Shown here in pieces: positions 1 through 9,508 of a stretch of 31,556 bases of DNA. This DNA comes from Candidatus Ratteibacteria bacterium. GTDB taxonomy: Bacteria; Ratteibacteria; UBA8468; B48-G9; DTJG01. The translations under genes were made by a program, and so were the position numbers. The DNA is taken from positions 1 through 31,556 of the forward strand of contig JBMFLH010000011.1 in NCBI GenBank assembly GCA_049971295.1, given 5' to 3'. The notes under the pieces were generated by a model. It was not told the origin of the DNA, ran no database searches, and saw only the letters and a program-made list of their open reading frames with translations. Numbering within the stretch: position 1 is the stretch's first letter; every line of letters begins with the position of its first letter.

Positions 1-233
1 ATGGAGGAGGGAAGCCGCATATAAATTTGACAAAATACCACAAAAAATTCGTAGGAACCTGGGTAAACCTCATTTATTTGAATCTAAAAGCGGATTATTG
101 CAGAAAAAGAAAGAACTGGTTGAAATTCTTTTATGAAAAATTGCAGTGTTTTCTTCTTTACAGAATGCCATGTTTCTATGAAAAATTGGTTTCAATCAAG
201 AAAAAACTAACCGATTTCCATGAAAGACATTGA
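1..233 (+). CDS. 3' end of an upstream gene truncated by the window edge; product unknown
   Basis: Frame 3 is open from the window start (GGGKPHINLTKYH...FHERH*). Its stop overlaps the ATG at 220, like other junctions in this operon. Frame 2 (2-136) is an alternative. Confidence 0.5.
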   Translation, partial: GGGKPHINLTKYHKKFVGTWVNLIYLNLKADYCRKRKNWLKFFYEKLQCFLLYRMPCFYEKLVSIKKKLTDFHERH

Positions 234-2124
234 AATTTATAAAAAATCAAAGATTGCTTTTCCATCTCGTGAAAGAATAAAATTGGCTAAAAACTCTCGT
301 GTTGGTATATGTATAACAGAACAGGAAGTGAATAATCTGCTGGAAAAGAGCAATTTGCAGATAGAGGTTTTTATCTGTTTCTCCCCTCAGGCAACCGCAG
401 CATGTAAATTGAAAAATCTCCCATATTTTCATATAGAAGAATTTTATGATTCAGAGATATTTCTTATCCTTGATGAAACAATGCTTCAGTATCAGAAGAA
501 TTTTTTTGTTCAGCTGGATTTGTTTTTCCAGGAAAAAATAGAAGAATTCAAACATTTTGATTTTACGCCAGCTCAGGACTATTCGTTTTTTTTAAAGGTC
601 CTGTGCGATATGGTTTTTCGCGCCTGCGTGAGCCTTTCCAACTTAATGATTGTCCCTGGTCTTTCCCATGTTTATTTCTTTCCTTCAACTAAAGAGAAGA
701 TTGATTCAACCCTTTTTATTGGTTTGGATGTATATAGAAAATGTTTGCCGGCATTTTGTGAAAACTATGGAATAAAATATACAATATGCGAATTTTCCAG
801 GACTGAACGCAATTACATAGAAAATCCTGTCAGGCAATCCTTGCTGACCTGCAGAAGAAAATTGAAAAATTTTGTTTCAAGATTAAAAGCGTATCATTCT
901 CATTACGTCGTTTTTAAATCAGGATACGATGTGGATGATGTGATTGAAATTTTTCGCAAAAATAGATTTCCTGTTGTGACACTTGAGAGTATTACAGATA
1001 GACGAAAAACAAAAAGCGAATTTAAAAAAATTTTGAATAAATTGCAGCCTTTGAAAAAAGATGTTTTTGATATATTTCAGAGAAACAATTTCTTTACATG
1101 GACTGGAGTAGATTGTTTTTCAGTTATTTTTCCATATTTGAATTTCTGGTATGAAGTGGTAATTCCAGAAATGTATGCTTCATTTATTGTATCGAGAGAT
1201 TTATTCAAAAGACGCAGGCCTTCTGCTATTTTTCTTTTTTCTCCCTGGGAAGTGCATGATTTTGGCGTTTTGCACGCTGCAAAAAATCTCAGTATTCCAA
1301 GGATTTTATATCAACATGGCGGATTTGAGGGTATCTGTGAGTATACTTGCTATGACATAACCGAGTTGAGACAGTGTGATTTCAGGTTCGTTTACGGCAA
1401 GGGTGTGGCTAATTATTTCAATGAAAGAAAAAATAAAGTGCATGGGAAAAGTGCCAAACTTGTTCCGGTGGGTTCAGCGCGTCTTGATAGATTAAGAATA
1501 AAAACCCATGATGAAAAACGTATCAGAGAGAAAATTGGAATACCTGATGGCAAAACAATTGTTTGTTATATTCCAACAAGTTATCAGTATCACTGGTACA
1601 TCTGCAGAGAAGCGTATCTTTCGTGTTCATACTTTGAATTTCTTTATAAATTGTGTGATATTTTTTCGAAATTTCCAGGTATTCAATTTGTGTACAAACC
1701 ATTTCCTGAGTCTCCTGAAGATCCTATGGTGAAAATACTTGCTTCACAAGTAAAAAATTGTAGAGTTGTGAAAGACATTTCTGTTCCTGAGATAATTTCG
1801 TTAAGCAATGCAGCAATCATTGATATACCATCAACAGCATTGCTGGAAGCCCTATTAACAAGCATACCATTACTGGTTTTTGCTGACAGTAGGTTTATTA
1901 CACTATTGGATAAAGCAAGGCAGTTGTTGGAAAAACGTGCGATTGTTGCAGAGAAACCAGAAGATTTTTATTCGCGCCTGATTGAATTTTTATCATCCAT
2001 ACCCGAACCGGTCAAACAACCTGACCGTAGTTTTCTTAAAGAATACGGCACATATCTTGATGATGGGAAAAGCGCTGAAAGGGCTTTCAATAAAGTAATG
2101 GAGATTATTAAAAACCATGGGTGA
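220..2124 (+). CDS. Orphan surface-carbohydrate biosynthesis protein, probable GT-B-fold transferase
   Basis: 634 aa. C-terminal half has LYQHGG, VGSARLD, VYKPFP and STALLEAL, typical of capsule-synthesis/GT-B-like proteins. Overlaps the flippase start. Confidence 0.55.
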   Translation: MKDIEIYKKSKIAFPSRERIKLAKNSRVGICITEQEVNNLLEKSNLQIEVFICFSPQATAACKLKNLPYFHIEEFYDSEIFLILDETMLQYQKNFFVQLDLFFQEKIEEFKHFDFTPAQDYSFFLKVLCDMVFRACVSLSNLMIVPGLSHVYFFPSTKEKIDSTLFIGLDVYRKCLPAFCENYGIKYTICEFSRTERNYIENPVRQSLLTCRRKLKNFVSRLKAYHSHYVVFKSGYDVDDVIEIFRKNRFPVVTLESITDRRKTKSEFKKILNKLQPLKKDVFDIFQRNNFFTWTGVDCFSVIFPYLNFWYEVVIPEMYASFIVSRDLFKRRRPSAIFLFSPWEVHDFGVLHAAKNLSIPRILYQHGGFEGICEYTCYDITELRQCDFRFVYGKGVANYFNERKNKVHGKSAKLVPVGSARLDRLRIKTHDEKRIREKIGIPDGKTIVCYIPTSYQYHWYICREAYLSCSYFEFLYKLCDIFSKFPGIQFVYKPFPESPEDPMVKILASQVKNCRVVKDISVPEIISLSNAAIIDIPSTALLEALLTSIPLLVFADSRFITLLDKARQLLEKRAIVAEKPEDFYSRLIEFLSSIPEPVKQPDRSFLKEYGTYLDDGKSAERAFNKVMEIIKNHG

Positions 2125-3643
2125 AGATTCTTTAAGAAAAAGGTATTTTTACAAACTGTTTAGCAATCTTGCCGTTTACGCGATGGGACTGGTTACAATG
2201 GGCATTATCCCTCGGGCGCTTGGTCCAAAGGCATTTGGTGATTTCAATTTTCTAACAAATTTTTTCAGCCAGGTTGTCAGTTTTTTTGATATGGGCAGTT
2301 CGACAGGATTTTTCACAAAAATTTCTCAACGACAAAAGGAATCTTCTCTTTTTATTTTTTATTTATGGTTTGCCGGGTTACTGGCAATTATCATTCTGCT
2401 TGGTGTATCACTGGCAGGTATTTTCCATCTCTCTCATAGATTATGGCCAGGGCAAAGCATCCTTTTTGTTTATTGTGGGGCTTTGTGGGCTATTTTCAAC
2501 TGGATTTTCAATGTATTGAATCAGGCAACAGACGCATATGGGTTAACTGTTTCTGCTGAGATGAGAAAACTCTATCAGAAACTATTCGGTATGATACTTA
2601 TAGTGGTTCTTTTTTATTATAATCTTATTAATTTAGGAAGTTTTTTCCTTTATCAGTATTTGATACAGTTTTTTTTAATTGGTGCGTTTTTAATGGTTTT
2701 GCAACAGAATAAAAAATTACCTTCTGTGTGGAGGATTTCCAGAGAAACTGCGCGTAATTATACAAAGGAATTCATTTCTTATTGCTACCCGTTGTTTATA
2801 TATTCACTTATCAGTTTAATTACAGGGATATTTGATAGATGGATTTTGCAGTATTATAGCGGAAGCGTTCAACAGGGATTTTACGGCCTTGGATATCAGA
2901 TAGGAACAATATGTTTTATTTTTATCTCATCAATGACTCCACTATTTATCAGAGAATTTTCTGTTGCATACGGAAACAATGATAAAGACAGGATGGTTTT
3001 TCTTTTTAGAAGATACATACCTTTTTTATATACAGTAACAGCGTATTTTTCTTGTTTTGCGGCAACACAGGCAGATGTTCTAATTAAGATTCTTGGAGGT
3101 TCTCAATACATTCCAGCACTTCCTTCAGTAATTTTAATGTCTCTTTTTCCAATTCATTCAGTCTATGGACAATTAAGTGGTTCAGTGTTTTTTGCCACAG
3201 GCAACACAAAATTATATAGAAACATTGGAGTTCCATTTATGATTTTTGGTTCTATCCTAACATATATTCTAATAGCGCCACAGAATAAATTCGGTTTGAA
3301 TATGGGGGCAACAGGCCTGGCATTAAAAATGATTTTGCTTCAATTTTTGCTGGTTAATGTTCAATTGTTTTTTAATACGAAATTTCTGAATATTTCATTT
3401 TTGCGATATCTTGGACATCAAATACTAATTATTCTGGTGTTTGGTCTTTTTGCGTTGATAGCAAGATTTTTTACTCAATTTCTTGCGGATAAGAACTTTA
3501 TTGCAGGATTTATTCTTTCAGGCGCGGCTTATACAATACTGGTAGGGATTTTTGCTTTTTATTTTCCCCGCATATTTGGCTTATATAGGCAGGATATTCA
3601 ATTTTTTATTACTCTTATCAGGGACTTGACAGAGAGACAATAA
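2117..3643 (+). CDS. wzx: Wzx-type polysaccharide flippase (MOP/PST family)
   Basis: 508 aa with many hydrophobic segments; IPRALGPKAFG near the N-terminus, DRWILQYYSGSVQQGFYGLG and GATGLALK motifs. Confidence 0.85.
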   Translation: MGEDSLRKRYFYKLFSNLAVYAMGLVTMGIIPRALGPKAFGDFNFLTNFFSQVVSFFDMGSSTGFFTKISQRQKESSLFIFYLWFAGLLAIIILLGVSLAGIFHLSHRLWPGQSILFVYCGALWAIFNWIFNVLNQATDAYGLTVSAEMRKLYQKLFGMILIVVLFYYNLINLGSFFLYQYLIQFFLIGAFLMVLQQNKKLPSVWRISRETARNYTKEFISYCYPLFIYSLISLITGIFDRWILQYYSGSVQQGFYGLGYQIGTICFIFISSMTPLFIREFSVAYGNNDKDRMVFLFRRYIPFLYTVTAYFSCFAATQADVLIKILGGSQYIPALPSVILMSLFPIHSVYGQLSGSVFFATGNTKLYRNIGVPFMIFGSILTYILIAPQNKFGLNMGATGLALKMILLQFLLVNVQLFFNTKFLNISFLRYLGHQILIILVFGLFALIARFFTQFLADKNFIAGFILSGAAYTILVGIFAFYFPRIFGLYRQDIQFFITLIRDLTERQ

Positions 3644-3677
3644 TATGTTTTAATTGTTTTAAACAAACTAAACAAAA

Positions 3678-4370
3678 ATGAATGCAGCAATAATCTTTGC
3701 CCGTGGCGCTGAAAAAGGAAAGAGAAACATCAACCTTTATCTGGTTGATGGAAAGCCTCTGATTTATTATTCTATCAGTGCTGCACTCGGGTGTAAAGAT
3801 GTTCAATCAGTTTTTGTATCAACTGACGATGAACAAACCATCAATATTGCTACTGGTCTGTCCTGTGGAATCATTTTTAGAAAAATCACTTCTGATGAAA
3901 ATGGAATGGGCAGGGCAATCGTAGAAGCGATAAAGCATATTGACCAAAAGGACCTGGAAAATATTGTGATTCTATCCGGTAATAATGCAATGATAAGTTC
4001 TCATCTTATTTTCAGGGGGCTTGAGGTTTTGAAAGCCAAACAATCAATAAAATCTGTGATTTCTGTCTGGAAGGCGCGGCATGACCATCCGGATTTTGCG
4101 ATTGTTAAAAAAAATGGCAATGTATCTCCGTTTCTTGAAAAACCAGTAAATGGGGATGTTTATTTTTATGATGGTGCATTGTGCGTGATTCGCAAGGAAA
4201 TTGTTTCTCACGATTGTTTCAATGATAGAAACTGGTGGTCACATCTTCCTGATTGTGTTTTTCTTGTAAGACCGTGGCCCACGGGCAGGGATGTTCACGA
4301 TAGTTATGGGCTTGCCCTTACAAGATGGTGGATTGAAAACGCCTTAATTGATGTCAGTGAGGAGGTATGA
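3678..4370 (+). CDS. Acylneuraminate cytidylyltransferase-family protein (degenerate motifs)
   Basis: IIFARGAEKGKRNINL..DGKPLIYYSI and VFVSTDD match the NeuA/KdsB N-terminus. The KN lysine is replaced (IN) and the C-terminal DxD reads DVH. Confidence 0.75.
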   Translation: MNAAIIFARGAEKGKRNINLYLVDGKPLIYYSISAALGCKDVQSVFVSTDDEQTINIATGLSCGIIFRKITSDENGMGRAIVEAIKHIDQKDLENIVILSGNNAMISSHLIFRGLEVLKAKQSIKSVISVWKARHDHPDFAIVKKNGNVSPFLEKPVNGDVYFYDGALCVIRKEIVSHDCFNDRNWWSHLPDCVFLVRPWPTGRDVHDSYGLALTRWWIENALIDVSEEV

Positions 4371-5344
4371 AAAAGATAAAGGTTCTTGTTTCAACACATC
4401 CATTTGCAGTGGCAAATCCAGTTGCTGCAGAGATAATTCTTCAGCAGGGATGGGATCTTGAATTCAATCCATATGGAAGGAAAATTTCTTCAAAAGAATT
4501 AAAAATGCTTTTGCCTGAGGTTGATGCTCTAATTGCCGGAACAGAGAGAATTGACGCAGAAGTGCTTGAATATGCAGATGACCTGAAATTGATATCACGT
4601 GTAGGAATAGGGCTTGATGGCATTGATTGGAATGAAACGAAAAAAAGAAATATAGAAGTAGCCTATACCCCTGATGCGCCAAGTTTATCGGTGGCAGAGC
4701 TTACACTTGGTTTGATGATAAATCTTTTGAGAGGTGTTTCTATCTCTGATGCACAGATGCACAGAAAAAACTGGAAAAGATTTACTGGTTTTGAACTTTC
4801 AGGCAAGACCATTGGAATCATTGGTCTTGGAAGGGTTGGAAAGAAATTGGTAAAATTGTTGCAGCCCTTTTCTTGCAATCTTTTTGTTAATGACATCCAT
4901 CCGGACGAGCAATTTATCAAAACCTATCATCTTACTGCTGCTGACAAAGAAACGATTTTTAGAGAGGCATTAATCGTGACGCTTCATGTTCCTTTGACAG
5001 GGCTGACGCGCAATATGGTTGATGAACGCGTTTTCAGAATGATGAGGCATGATGCATATCTTATCAACACTTCAAGAGGTCAGATTGTTGATGAAAATAG
5101 CCTTTATAATGCTTTGAAAAATCATCAGATTTCAGGTGCTGCACTGGATGTTTATTCAGAAGAACCATACAGTGGAATTCTATCAGAACTTGATAACATT
5201 ATTTTAACCTGTCATATGGGTTCATGCACTCAGGAAAGCAGAGCTGCAATGGAAATTGGCGCTGCTGAGGCGGTTGTGGATTTTTTTACAGGGAAACCTT
5301 TAAAAAACAGAGTCCCTGATGAACTAAGGGTCTCAAATGTTTGA
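4367..5344 (+). CDS. D-isomer-specific 2-hydroxyacid dehydrogenase (SerA-like, no ACT domain)
   Basis: SRVGIGLDGID, VAELTLG, GIIGLGRVG Rossmann motif, LHVPLT, INTSRG, AALDVYSEEP and HMG. Confidence 0.9.
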   Translation: MKKIKVLVSTHPFAVANPVAAEIILQQGWDLEFNPYGRKISSKELKMLLPEVDALIAGTERIDAEVLEYADDLKLISRVGIGLDGIDWNETKKRNIEVAYTPDAPSLSVAELTLGLMINLLRGVSISDAQMHRKNWKRFTGFELSGKTIGIIGLGRVGKKLVKLLQPFSCNLFVNDIHPDEQFIKTYHLTAADKETIFREALIVTLHVPLTGLTRNMVDERVFRMMRHDAYLINTSRGQIVDENSLYNALKNHQISGAALDVYSEEPYSGILSELDNIILTCHMGSCTQESRAAMEIGAAEAVVDFFTGKPLKNRVPDELRVSNV

Positions 5345-6356
5345 AATGAATTTAAAAGTCCAGGTCAATGCTAATATTCACTTTCTTTATAAAAGTCCTG
5401 CAGAGCCAGTATCTGAGGAATTTTTAGAATACAGGAAGAAGTGGCATCAAAATCCTGAAACATTCACAGTCAGCAATTTTCCCCTTCATCTTGATATTGA
5501 ATCAACCAGTTTATGTAATCTTCACTGTCCCTTTTGTTCATTCAAAACAATTCACAGGACCTGGAAAAGAGGACACATGCAGTGGAATCTTTATAAAAAA
5601 ATCATCGATGAAGGCGCAGAAAATCATCTTTATTCAATAAAACTGAGTTTGAGAGGGGAACCACTATTGCATCCTGACATATTCAAAATGATTGAGTACG
5701 CCAGGGAAAAGGGCATCCTTGATATTTACTTTAACACCAATGCCGTACTGATGGATACAGAAATAGCAGAAAGAATAGTTGGTTCAGGTATCAACCGTAT
5801 TTCGATTTCCTTTGAAGGATTTGAAAAAACTCTTTATGAAAAAAACAGGGTTGGCGCATGTTTTGAAAAAGTGATAAAAAATATTGAGGAGCTCATAAAT
5901 AAAAAATCTCAAAAGAATTCAAAGACTCCGAGAATACGAATTCAGACTGTTCTGATTCCAGAAATGGAAACGATTCTGGAAGATTACAAAAAATTCTGGA
6001 TGGGGAAAGGAGTTGATGAGATAGCATACCTTGATTTTGAAAAAGACCCTGAAAAAGATGAAGATTTAAGTTATCCATGGATATGCCCACAATTATGGCA
6101 GAGAATGACCATATGGTATGATGGAACATTAATTCCCTGCGTGCATGATACCTATGGAATTATGAAACTGGGTAATGTTTCAGAAATCAGTATTTCTGAT
6201 GTCTGGAACAGTGTGATAGAAAATGCTTACAGACAGATTCATCGGGCAGGTTTTGGAGAAACACTTTATGCATGCAGAATTTGTCCACTCAGAGCAGGAC
6301 AAGTTAGGAAAATAAAAATGGAGGGCAACAATGATATCAGCGCTATTAATCGGTAG
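5337..6356 (+). CDS. Radical SAM protein with C-terminal SPASM/twitch domain
   Basis: CNLHCPFC (CxxxCxxC), RGEPLLHP, FNTNA and ISISFEG; C-terminal CPQLW...DGTLIPC...GNV...CRIC. Confidence 0.9.
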   Translation: MFEMNLKVQVNANIHFLYKSPAEPVSEEFLEYRKKWHQNPETFTVSNFPLHLDIESTSLCNLHCPFCSFKTIHRTWKRGHMQWNLYKKIIDEGAENHLYSIKLSLRGEPLLHPDIFKMIEYAREKGILDIYFNTNAVLMDTEIAERIVGSGINRISISFEGFEKTLYEKNRVGACFEKVIKNIEELINKKSQKNSKTPRIRIQTVLIPEMETILEDYKKFWMGKGVDEIAYLDFEKDPEKDEDLSYPWICPQLWQRMTIWYDGTLIPCVHDTYGIMKLGNVSEISISDVWNSVIENAYRQIHRAGFGETLYACRICPLRAGQVRKIKMEGNNDISAINR

Positions 6357-7080
6357 GGAAGGAAGTGTTGGTTTTCCTGGGAAAAATATCTATCCTGTTT
6401 GTGGTAGAGCAATGATGGAATATCCACTTCTTGCTGCAAAACATTCAAAGTATGTTGATGCAATTTACATTTCAACAGATTCAAAAAAAATTGCTGAAAT
6501 TGGTAAAAAATATGGAGCCATTATCATTGATAGGCCACCAGAACTCTGCACAAAAGAATCTCTTGGTGAAGATGTTTTTGCTCATGGATACCGATACATC
6601 AGAGACACATCTGGAAAACAGATTGAACTGATGGTGCTCTTATTCTGCAATGCTCCCACGATTCTTGCAGGTACCATAGACAAGGGTATAGAAGCGCTCA
6701 GAAAGAATCCTTTTGCTGACTCAGCAGTTAGCGTCTCAATTTATAATATGTGGAGCCCACTTAGAGCAAGAAGGCTTGGCGAAGATGGTTTTTTATATCC
6801 ATTTGTCCCTTTTGAAATTTTTGGTGATGTAAATAAACTCAGTTGTGACAGGGATTCTCAGGGAGATGTATATTTTGCAGATATGGGCGTTTCTGTGGTG
6901 AGACCACACTGCCTGGAAAATCTTAAAGAAGGACTTTTACCTCAGAGATGGATGGGAAAAAAGATTCTACCACTTCTTCAATGGGGCGGCCTTGATGTTG
7001 ACTTTGAGTGGCAGGTTCCACTTGTGGAATTTTGGCTGAAAAAACATGGCTTTACAGAAGAAAAAACCCCATATGAATGA
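6331..7080 (+). CDS. Acylneuraminate/ulosonate cytidylyltransferase-family protein
   Basis: GREGSVGFPGKN, ISTDS, IDRPPEL and LDVD motifs of CMP-sugar synthetases; SD GGAGG upstream. Confidence 0.85.
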   Translation: MISALLIGREGSVGFPGKNIYPVCGRAMMEYPLLAAKHSKYVDAIYISTDSKKIAEIGKKYGAIIIDRPPELCTKESLGEDVFAHGYRYIRDTSGKQIELMVLLFCNAPTILAGTIDKGIEALRKNPFADSAVSVSIYNMWSPLRARRLGEDGFLYPFVPFEIFGDVNKLSCDRDSQGDVYFADMGVSVVRPHCLENLKEGLLPQRWMGKKILPLLQWGGLDVDFEWQVPLVEFWLKKHGFTEEKTPYE

Positions 7081-7897
7081 AATGAAATATGCAATCTCCA
7101 ACATAGCATGGCAGAAGGAAATAACCGAACAGGTCTTTGCACTTCTTCAAAAATATAGAATTTCAGGGATTGAGGTTGCTCCCAGCAAGGTCTGGAACAA
7201 CACTGATAGGGTTTCTTATTTGCAAGTAACAGAGTTCAGAAAAGAAGTGGAAAAATGGGGTTTTCAAATAGTTGGATTTCACTCCCTTCTTTACGACCAG
7301 CCTGACCTAGGGTTATTCAGGGGAAAAGATGTTGAAAAAAAGACAAAAGATTTTTTAAGGCATTTGATTGGTCTGTGTGCTGATTGTGGAGGTAAAACAC
7401 TAATTTTTGGTTCACCAAAGGCGAGAAAACGCGGAGATTTACCACTAAAAGAGGCAATGGAGATAGCAGTAGATTTTTTCAGAGAAATTTCTGATGATGC
7501 TGAAAAACACAATGTTTTTTTATGCATTGAACCACTTGGACCTGATGAAACAGATTTTATTTGTTCGGCAGGGTCAGCCTTAAAACTGATAAAAATGGTC
7601 AATCATCCAAATTTTCAGGGACATTTAGATGCAAAAAGTTTATACGCATCAGGAGAGATTTCCTATCAGACATTCAAGGACTTTGCGCCATTTTTAAAAC
7701 ATTTTCATGTCAATGAACCCCAATTAAAGCCGCTGTGTCTTTCTGGAGAGATTAACCACCTTCTTATTTCGAAATATTTGAAAGCCATCAATTACAATAG
7801 ATATGTTTCCATTGAACAAAGAACAATGGAAAATATGAATACGCTTGAAATTATAAGAAAAAGTGTTGAGGAGTTAAAAAGATGTTACAAAAACTGA
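7073..7897 (+). CDS. Sugar phosphate isomerase/epimerase (xylose-isomerase-like TIM barrel)
   Basis: AISNIAW, GIEVAP, FGSP and the E-D-H-E metal set (CIEP, HLD, HFHV, SIEQ) as in ketose 3-epimerases. Start at 7073 or 7082 is more likely than 7046. Confidence 0.85.
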   Translation: MNEMKYAISNIAWQKEITEQVFALLQKYRISGIEVAPSKVWNNTDRVSYLQVTEFRKEVEKWGFQIVGFHSLLYDQPDLGLFRGKDVEKKTKDFLRHLIGLCADCGGKTLIFGSPKARKRGDLPLKEAMEIAVDFFREISDDAEKHNVFLCIEPLGPDETDFICSAGSALKLIKMVNHPNFQGHLDAKSLYASGEISYQTFKDFAPFLKHFHVNEPQLKPLCLSGEINHLLISKYLKAINYNRYVSIEQRTMENMNTLEIIRKSVEELKRCYKN

Positions 7898-8667
7898 ATC
7901 ATTTTCCTGAATGGGTACCGTTATTGAAAGAGAATAGTTGTATTTTGATTGCTGGTGCAAGTGGTGGAATAGGTAGGGCTGTTGTGAAGATGATGTTGAA
8001 AAGCAATGTTTACATAGGATGCCATTTTGCAACCAGAAAGGAATTCTTAAAGGAATTTGAAGGTTTTGAAAATATTAAATTTTTCCCAAAGGTATTCAGA
8101 GAACCTGTGGATTGCGACCAGATTATTGAAGAATTTTATGGTTGGAAAAAGAAAATAGATGGGCTTGTTGTTTTATCAGGTGGTATTAAAAATCCAGTGC
8201 ACTGGGAAAAGTTGAATTCTGATGAATGGGAATCAGATTTGTTTTTGAATTTGAGTGTACCATTTTTTCTTTCAAGGGCAGCGATAAGGAAAATGAAAGA
8301 GTCAAAAACTAATGGAAAGATTATTCTGACTGGCACAGAATCAGCCCTTCATGGAGGCGGTTCTTATTCTCTCGCTTACGGTGTAGCCAAGATGGGGATT
8401 GAGTGCCTTGTGAAGGGGTTGGCAAGAGATGTGGCAAAGGAAGGAATTCTGGTGAATGGAATCAGACCAGGTTTTATTCTTTCGGGATTTCACCAGAGGT
8501 GGCAGGGAAAAAAAGAAGCAGACCTGCAAGAAAGGATAAATTTGATTCCTCTGAAAAAAGCGGGTTCTGTTGAAGAGGTCGCTGCTTTGATTTTATATCT
8601 TCTTTCTGAATGGGCAAATTTTATCACAGGACAGATGTTTGCAATTACAGGCGGGGATTGGTTATAA
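7882..8667 (+). CDS. Short-chain dehydrogenase/reductase
   Basis: GASGGIG, YGVAK (YxxxK), VNGIRPG and FITGQ..ITGG. Confidence 0.9.
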   Translation: MLQKLNHFPEWVPLLKENSCILIAGASGGIGRAVVKMMLKSNVYIGCHFATRKEFLKEFEGFENIKFFPKVFREPVDCDQIIEEFYGWKKKIDGLVVLSGGIKNPVHWEKLNSDEWESDLFLNLSVPFFLSRAAIRKMKESKTNGKIILTGTESALHGGGSYSLAYGVAKMGIECLVKGLARDVAKEGILVNGIRPGFILSGFHQRWQGKKEADLQERINLIPLKKAGSVEEVAALILYLLSEWANFITGQMFAITGGDWL

Positions 8668-8679
8668 AAAGGAGTGAAA

Positions 8680-9498
8680 ATGTATGACTTTTATTTTGGT
8701 ACAAAGAAAGAAATAGAATCTGACCCTAAAAAGTTTCTATTGATGATAAAAAGGATGTTACCAAGGTGGTCGAATTCTATTCCTGATTCTGAATATCTTG
8801 CTCTTTATGATTGCCTTTTAGAGTCAAAATTACCTGAAAATGCTGTTATTGTAGAAACAGGCTGTGGCGCAAGTTCAATTGTTTTACTTTATTTTGCTCT
8901 TTTGAAAAATGGAGAGCTTTATACCTGGGATACCAATGGATCTAAATTATTTTTTTTAAGAGGGGTTATCACTGACACATTGATGAGATATTTTAACAAA
9001 CAAAATCTTTCAAATCACTGGAAATGTATTGCTTTCAACAGTATTTCTGAATATGCAGGAATTCCGATTTTAAAAGAGCTTAATAAAAAGATTTCTGCCT
9101 GTTTTTTTGATAGTGAGCATACATGGGATATACTGCAAAAGGAACTTACATACACTATTGAATCGATGGCTGATAAGGCACTGGTGGCAATTGATGATGG
9201 AAACTATAACTATGTCAGGCAGAATACAGCATACATTAACATGATAAGAAAAAAACTGGGCTTACCAGATATCGCAATCGAAAATAATCAAGGTGACCCT
9301 TTCTGGAAAAAGGTAGAGGAAATTTTGAAAAAAAATTTCAAAAAGGTAATACACATACAGGACAGTTACAAAGAAAATTTTAAAGATGATCTTTTCTGGG
9401 CTTACTTCAGAAATGACCGTTCTGTAATGGCTAATTTGAAAATGGAAAAAACTGAGGACCTGGTTCATCGTTTTGATGCCTGGCGAGTGCAGAAATAA
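8680..9498 (+). CDS. Putative class I SAM-dependent methyltransferase (Methyltransf_24-like)
   Basis: VETGCGASS, FFDSEH and AIDD motifs. SD AAGGAG favours the ATG at 8680 over the GTG at 8674. Confidence 0.6.
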   Translation: MYDFYFGTKKEIESDPKKFLLMIKRMLPRWSNSIPDSEYLALYDCLLESKLPENAVIVETGCGASSIVLLYFALLKNGELYTWDTNGSKLFFLRGVITDTLMRYFNKQNLSNHWKCIAFNSISEYAGIPILKELNKKISACFFDSEHTWDILQKELTYTIESMADKALVAIDDGNYNYVRQNTAYINMIRKKLGLPDIAIENNQGDPFWKKVEEILKKNFKKVIHIQDSYKENFKDDLFWAYFRNDRSVMANLKMEKTEDLVHRFDAWRVQK

Positions 9499-9508
9499 TA
9501 AGAATAAA

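Noticed and set aside
3654..3666. Palindrome TTGTTT-T-AAACAA between wzx and the first cytidylyltransferase
   Set aside because: Short, almost all AT, and expected by chance in this composition.
4367..5344. Housekeeping serA
   Set aside because: No regulatory ACT domain and embedded in a glycan locus; only family-level similarity is supportable.
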